A stretch of DNA of 64,000 nucleotides from Alloascoidea hylecoeti (taxonomy: Eukaryota): positions 1,459,389 through 1,523,388 of the forward strand of contig BCKZ01000001.1 in the NCBI GenBank assembly GCA_001600815.1, in the 5' to 3' direction. The notes below the pieces were generated by a model that saw only the letters and a list, made by a program, of their open reading frames with translations, was not told the origin of the DNA and ran no database searches. Positions 61,498-64,000 of this stretch are shown piece by piece. Positions within the stretch are counted from its first letter, which is position 1; the number at the start of each line of letters is the position of its first letter. A program made the translations under genes and the position numbers.

Positions 61498-64000
61498 TTA
61501 CCACCCATGATTTGAATATCTCCTATCGTATGAAATATTAGAATTTTCGGGATTATAACTTCGTCTTCGAATACCAATATCAGAAGGTAAAGGATCATTG
61601 AATTTTTTCAAAATTATTCTTCCGATTCTTTTAGCAACTCTTGTCCCATCTCTTGCTATCTTTACCTCTTTATTATCATTGAATTTGTTACGCAGATCAG
61701 CAACTTTGTGGAATGGGACAGTTTTTCTAGGAAAATTGTTAAGAGTCTCTAAAGTTGGTGAGATCCATTCGATTTGAAAGGGATATGTCCAATTGGAAGG
61801 CAATTGAAAAGTAGAATTTTGCGGTTCTTCTTCAGAAATAGTAGTTGAAACGCTTAAAGATATAGCAGAATCTGTTCTAGAAGATGTTCGAGAAACTGAG
61901 GAAGAATCAGTTGATATTGTCTCCAAATGCTTTGGTGAATTAGAATCGTCCTTTTTCCACTCATAAGCTTCCCAAAAGAATCCACCTCTTGCTGAGTCAT
62001 CAACAATTCTTCCTGATGGTAGGTCTGGTAATTCAGGGGTATAGATTATCCGGGGAATTTCATTTTTTGGTTGAAATGGTCCAAATCTAGGAGGTTGATA
62101 ATTTTGATCTTGTCTTCCTTGTGATGCACTAAATTTTTCGATCTTTTCTTGAATTTTGCGGATTTTGGGATCATCTTTTGTCTTTGGGACTTCTTCACTC
62201 ATACGTGCATAACCAAAATATTCTCCTGATCTGTTTGCTGAAAAAATTAGATAAACATTATCATACTCCTAAAATATAATTTTTTTAGTTAGTATTGACA
62301 AGAGATCAAATAAGTGAAAAAAATATAAAATACCAATCAGGTACCGGGTCAACTCACTCTGTAGAACTTATTGAACTTTGCAATATTATGGCTTTGGACA
62401 GACCAAACACCAAGAAGAACACTCGTTATCATATCATCATAGGTCAAGCTTTTCACGATAAAAAAACAATCTTTAGGCTCACCAGGTTCATATTCTTCTT
62501 CTGCGTATACATCAACACCTGAACTTTGAGAGGAAACCTGATCATGAGTAGTGATAGGGGATTCTGTAATTGCATTAATACTTGTCAATTGCCGTCTAGG
62601 TAAATCGAGTGTGGCATTATTATTATTATGTCCGGCTGCAGGAGAATTAATTGATTCTGATTGCAATTGACTTTCATCATCAAGTTTTTTCATCCGAACA
62701 GCTAACTTTCGGCCTCCAATTACAATCTTTGAAGTACCATTGGCATCATCATTTACTGAACATTTTTCAATCATCTTTTCCATGGTTTCCCTGTCCCGAA
62801 AGTTGACAATTGCGCAACCACTCTCTTCGATATATTTCACACTGGCCAGTTGTTTGCTTTCAAAAACTTCAATTAATGCAGCTAAATGATTATAGCTCGG
62901 AGAAACGGACGGAAGCCGTCCTTCGTAAAGAGCTTCACGACAGATTGACGTATTTGATTCCTTAAATAATTTTGTAAGACTATCTGCAACAACTTTATCA
63001 ATTACACATGCAGGACCTGAATCAAGTTTCCTTTGTGGAAGATTTCCAACCCATAATGCAAAGTTCGTCTTTAGTGGCTTTTTCGGAGGGCCTCTTGGAA
63101 ACCCGGGTTGTGTACTCATTGAATATAAAGGCTTGAACATATGAAAATAACTGCTGTTGTTCATGTAACCTGTATGATGAGTGAGATGGGGATTAAGATT
63201 TATGCTAGAGTTTGAACGAGATCTAGAGCCTCTCCAACCCATCTGCTGTGACATATTAGGAGTTGAGTTACTTCTGTTTCCCAGTGACTGTATAGCTTGA
63301 TTTGAGTCTCGTGGCATTCCTGGGAAATTATTAATGTTATTGTTGTAGTTTCCATAGACTTGACCGTGGTAACCTTCATTAGGTCTACTGTAAGGTGCTT
63401 CTTGTATCATTGGTTGATAAGCTAAGTTAGTAGTACTTGTATACTGATATGTCATTGGATACTGCTGTACGCCAACCCCTTGAGGCCTAACTCCGGAGAA
63501 GTATTGGACCTGGGAGTGATAGGGCCGTGGTTCCGAGGGTACGGCGTTGATAAGTGAAAATTGAGGGTGTTGTACGGGATTAGAATTTACAGGCATTGAT
63601 TGATGAAATGATTGGGAAGGAATTGGAACCAAATATTGTATTGTTGGAGCGTACTGAGGAGGGTATGCCTGATAGGCAGGCGCTATGACAGTATTTGGTT
63701 GGGATCCAGGTGCTCCTGAAGGTTGAAATTGAGGAATATTGGGATAACTATTAGCCAATTGAACATTTGATGGATTTCCAGGCGTATTATACACAGAAAT
63801 TTGGGGCCTCCGCATTTGTTGTTGAGTAGAAATTGTAGGTGAATAGTAATTTCTTGAGTACATAGCAGGTTGTAATACTGGAGCAGGACCTATAGAATTT
63901 GTAATTGGGGTTGAAGAATTTTCATGCATATATTGCATTGGAGTGAAAGAACTATTGGTGGGATGATTATTGTTAATTGAAATAGATGAACTGCTGGCCT
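61498..64000 (-). CDS. YTH-domain (YT521-B/YTHDC-like) RNA-binding protein with RRM-like region, intron 62269-62357; start may lie beyond window
   Basis: FALWVGNLP, FFIVKSLTYDD..S...GVWSVQSHN..FNKFYR|EYDNVYLIFSANRSGEYFGYARM...PFQIEWIS...LRNKFNDNKEVKIARDGT; frame open to 64000; intron GTGAGT..TACTAAC..TAG. Confidence 0.85.

Overview
AT-rich, intron-containing budding-yeast (Saccharomycotina-like) nuclear DNA. It uses the standard genetic code (CTG at conserved Leu positions), has short 53-89 nt introns with degenerate branch points, and encodes a complex I subunit, which suggests a lineage distant from S. cerevisiae. The window holds about 28 protein genes, mostly housekeeping (APT1, ACS, HOM3, CBR1, GVP36, AAT1, MXR2, GIM3, NAT5, SPP/YPF1, MEX67, PCL5-like, PTH1, DAP1, TRE-like, ERG12, MIX17, NDUFS2/NUCM, ARN/SIT transporter, Met28/Cys-3-like bZIP, FBP1, YTH protein), and two intron-containing tRNAs. 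A dynamic accessory block at about 13-26 kb contains four notable elements: (i) an inverted duplication of an MDR enoyl-reductase gene, where one copy lacks any ATG yet stays open and shares a near-identical ~335 bp inverted tract, a possible invertible C-terminus-swapping cassette; (ii) a 5'-truncated L1-clade LINE ending ~50 bp upstream of tRNA-Lys, head-to-head; (iii) a decayed RNase III/Dicer (Rnt1/Dcr1-type, two dsRBDs) pseudogene; (iv) an adjacent Tc1/mariner relic. Manual splicing also reveals genes missing or split in the ORF track, including a candidate BNIP3/NIX-like tail-anchored AIM protein. All family assignments are from motif recognition by eye; no searches were run.
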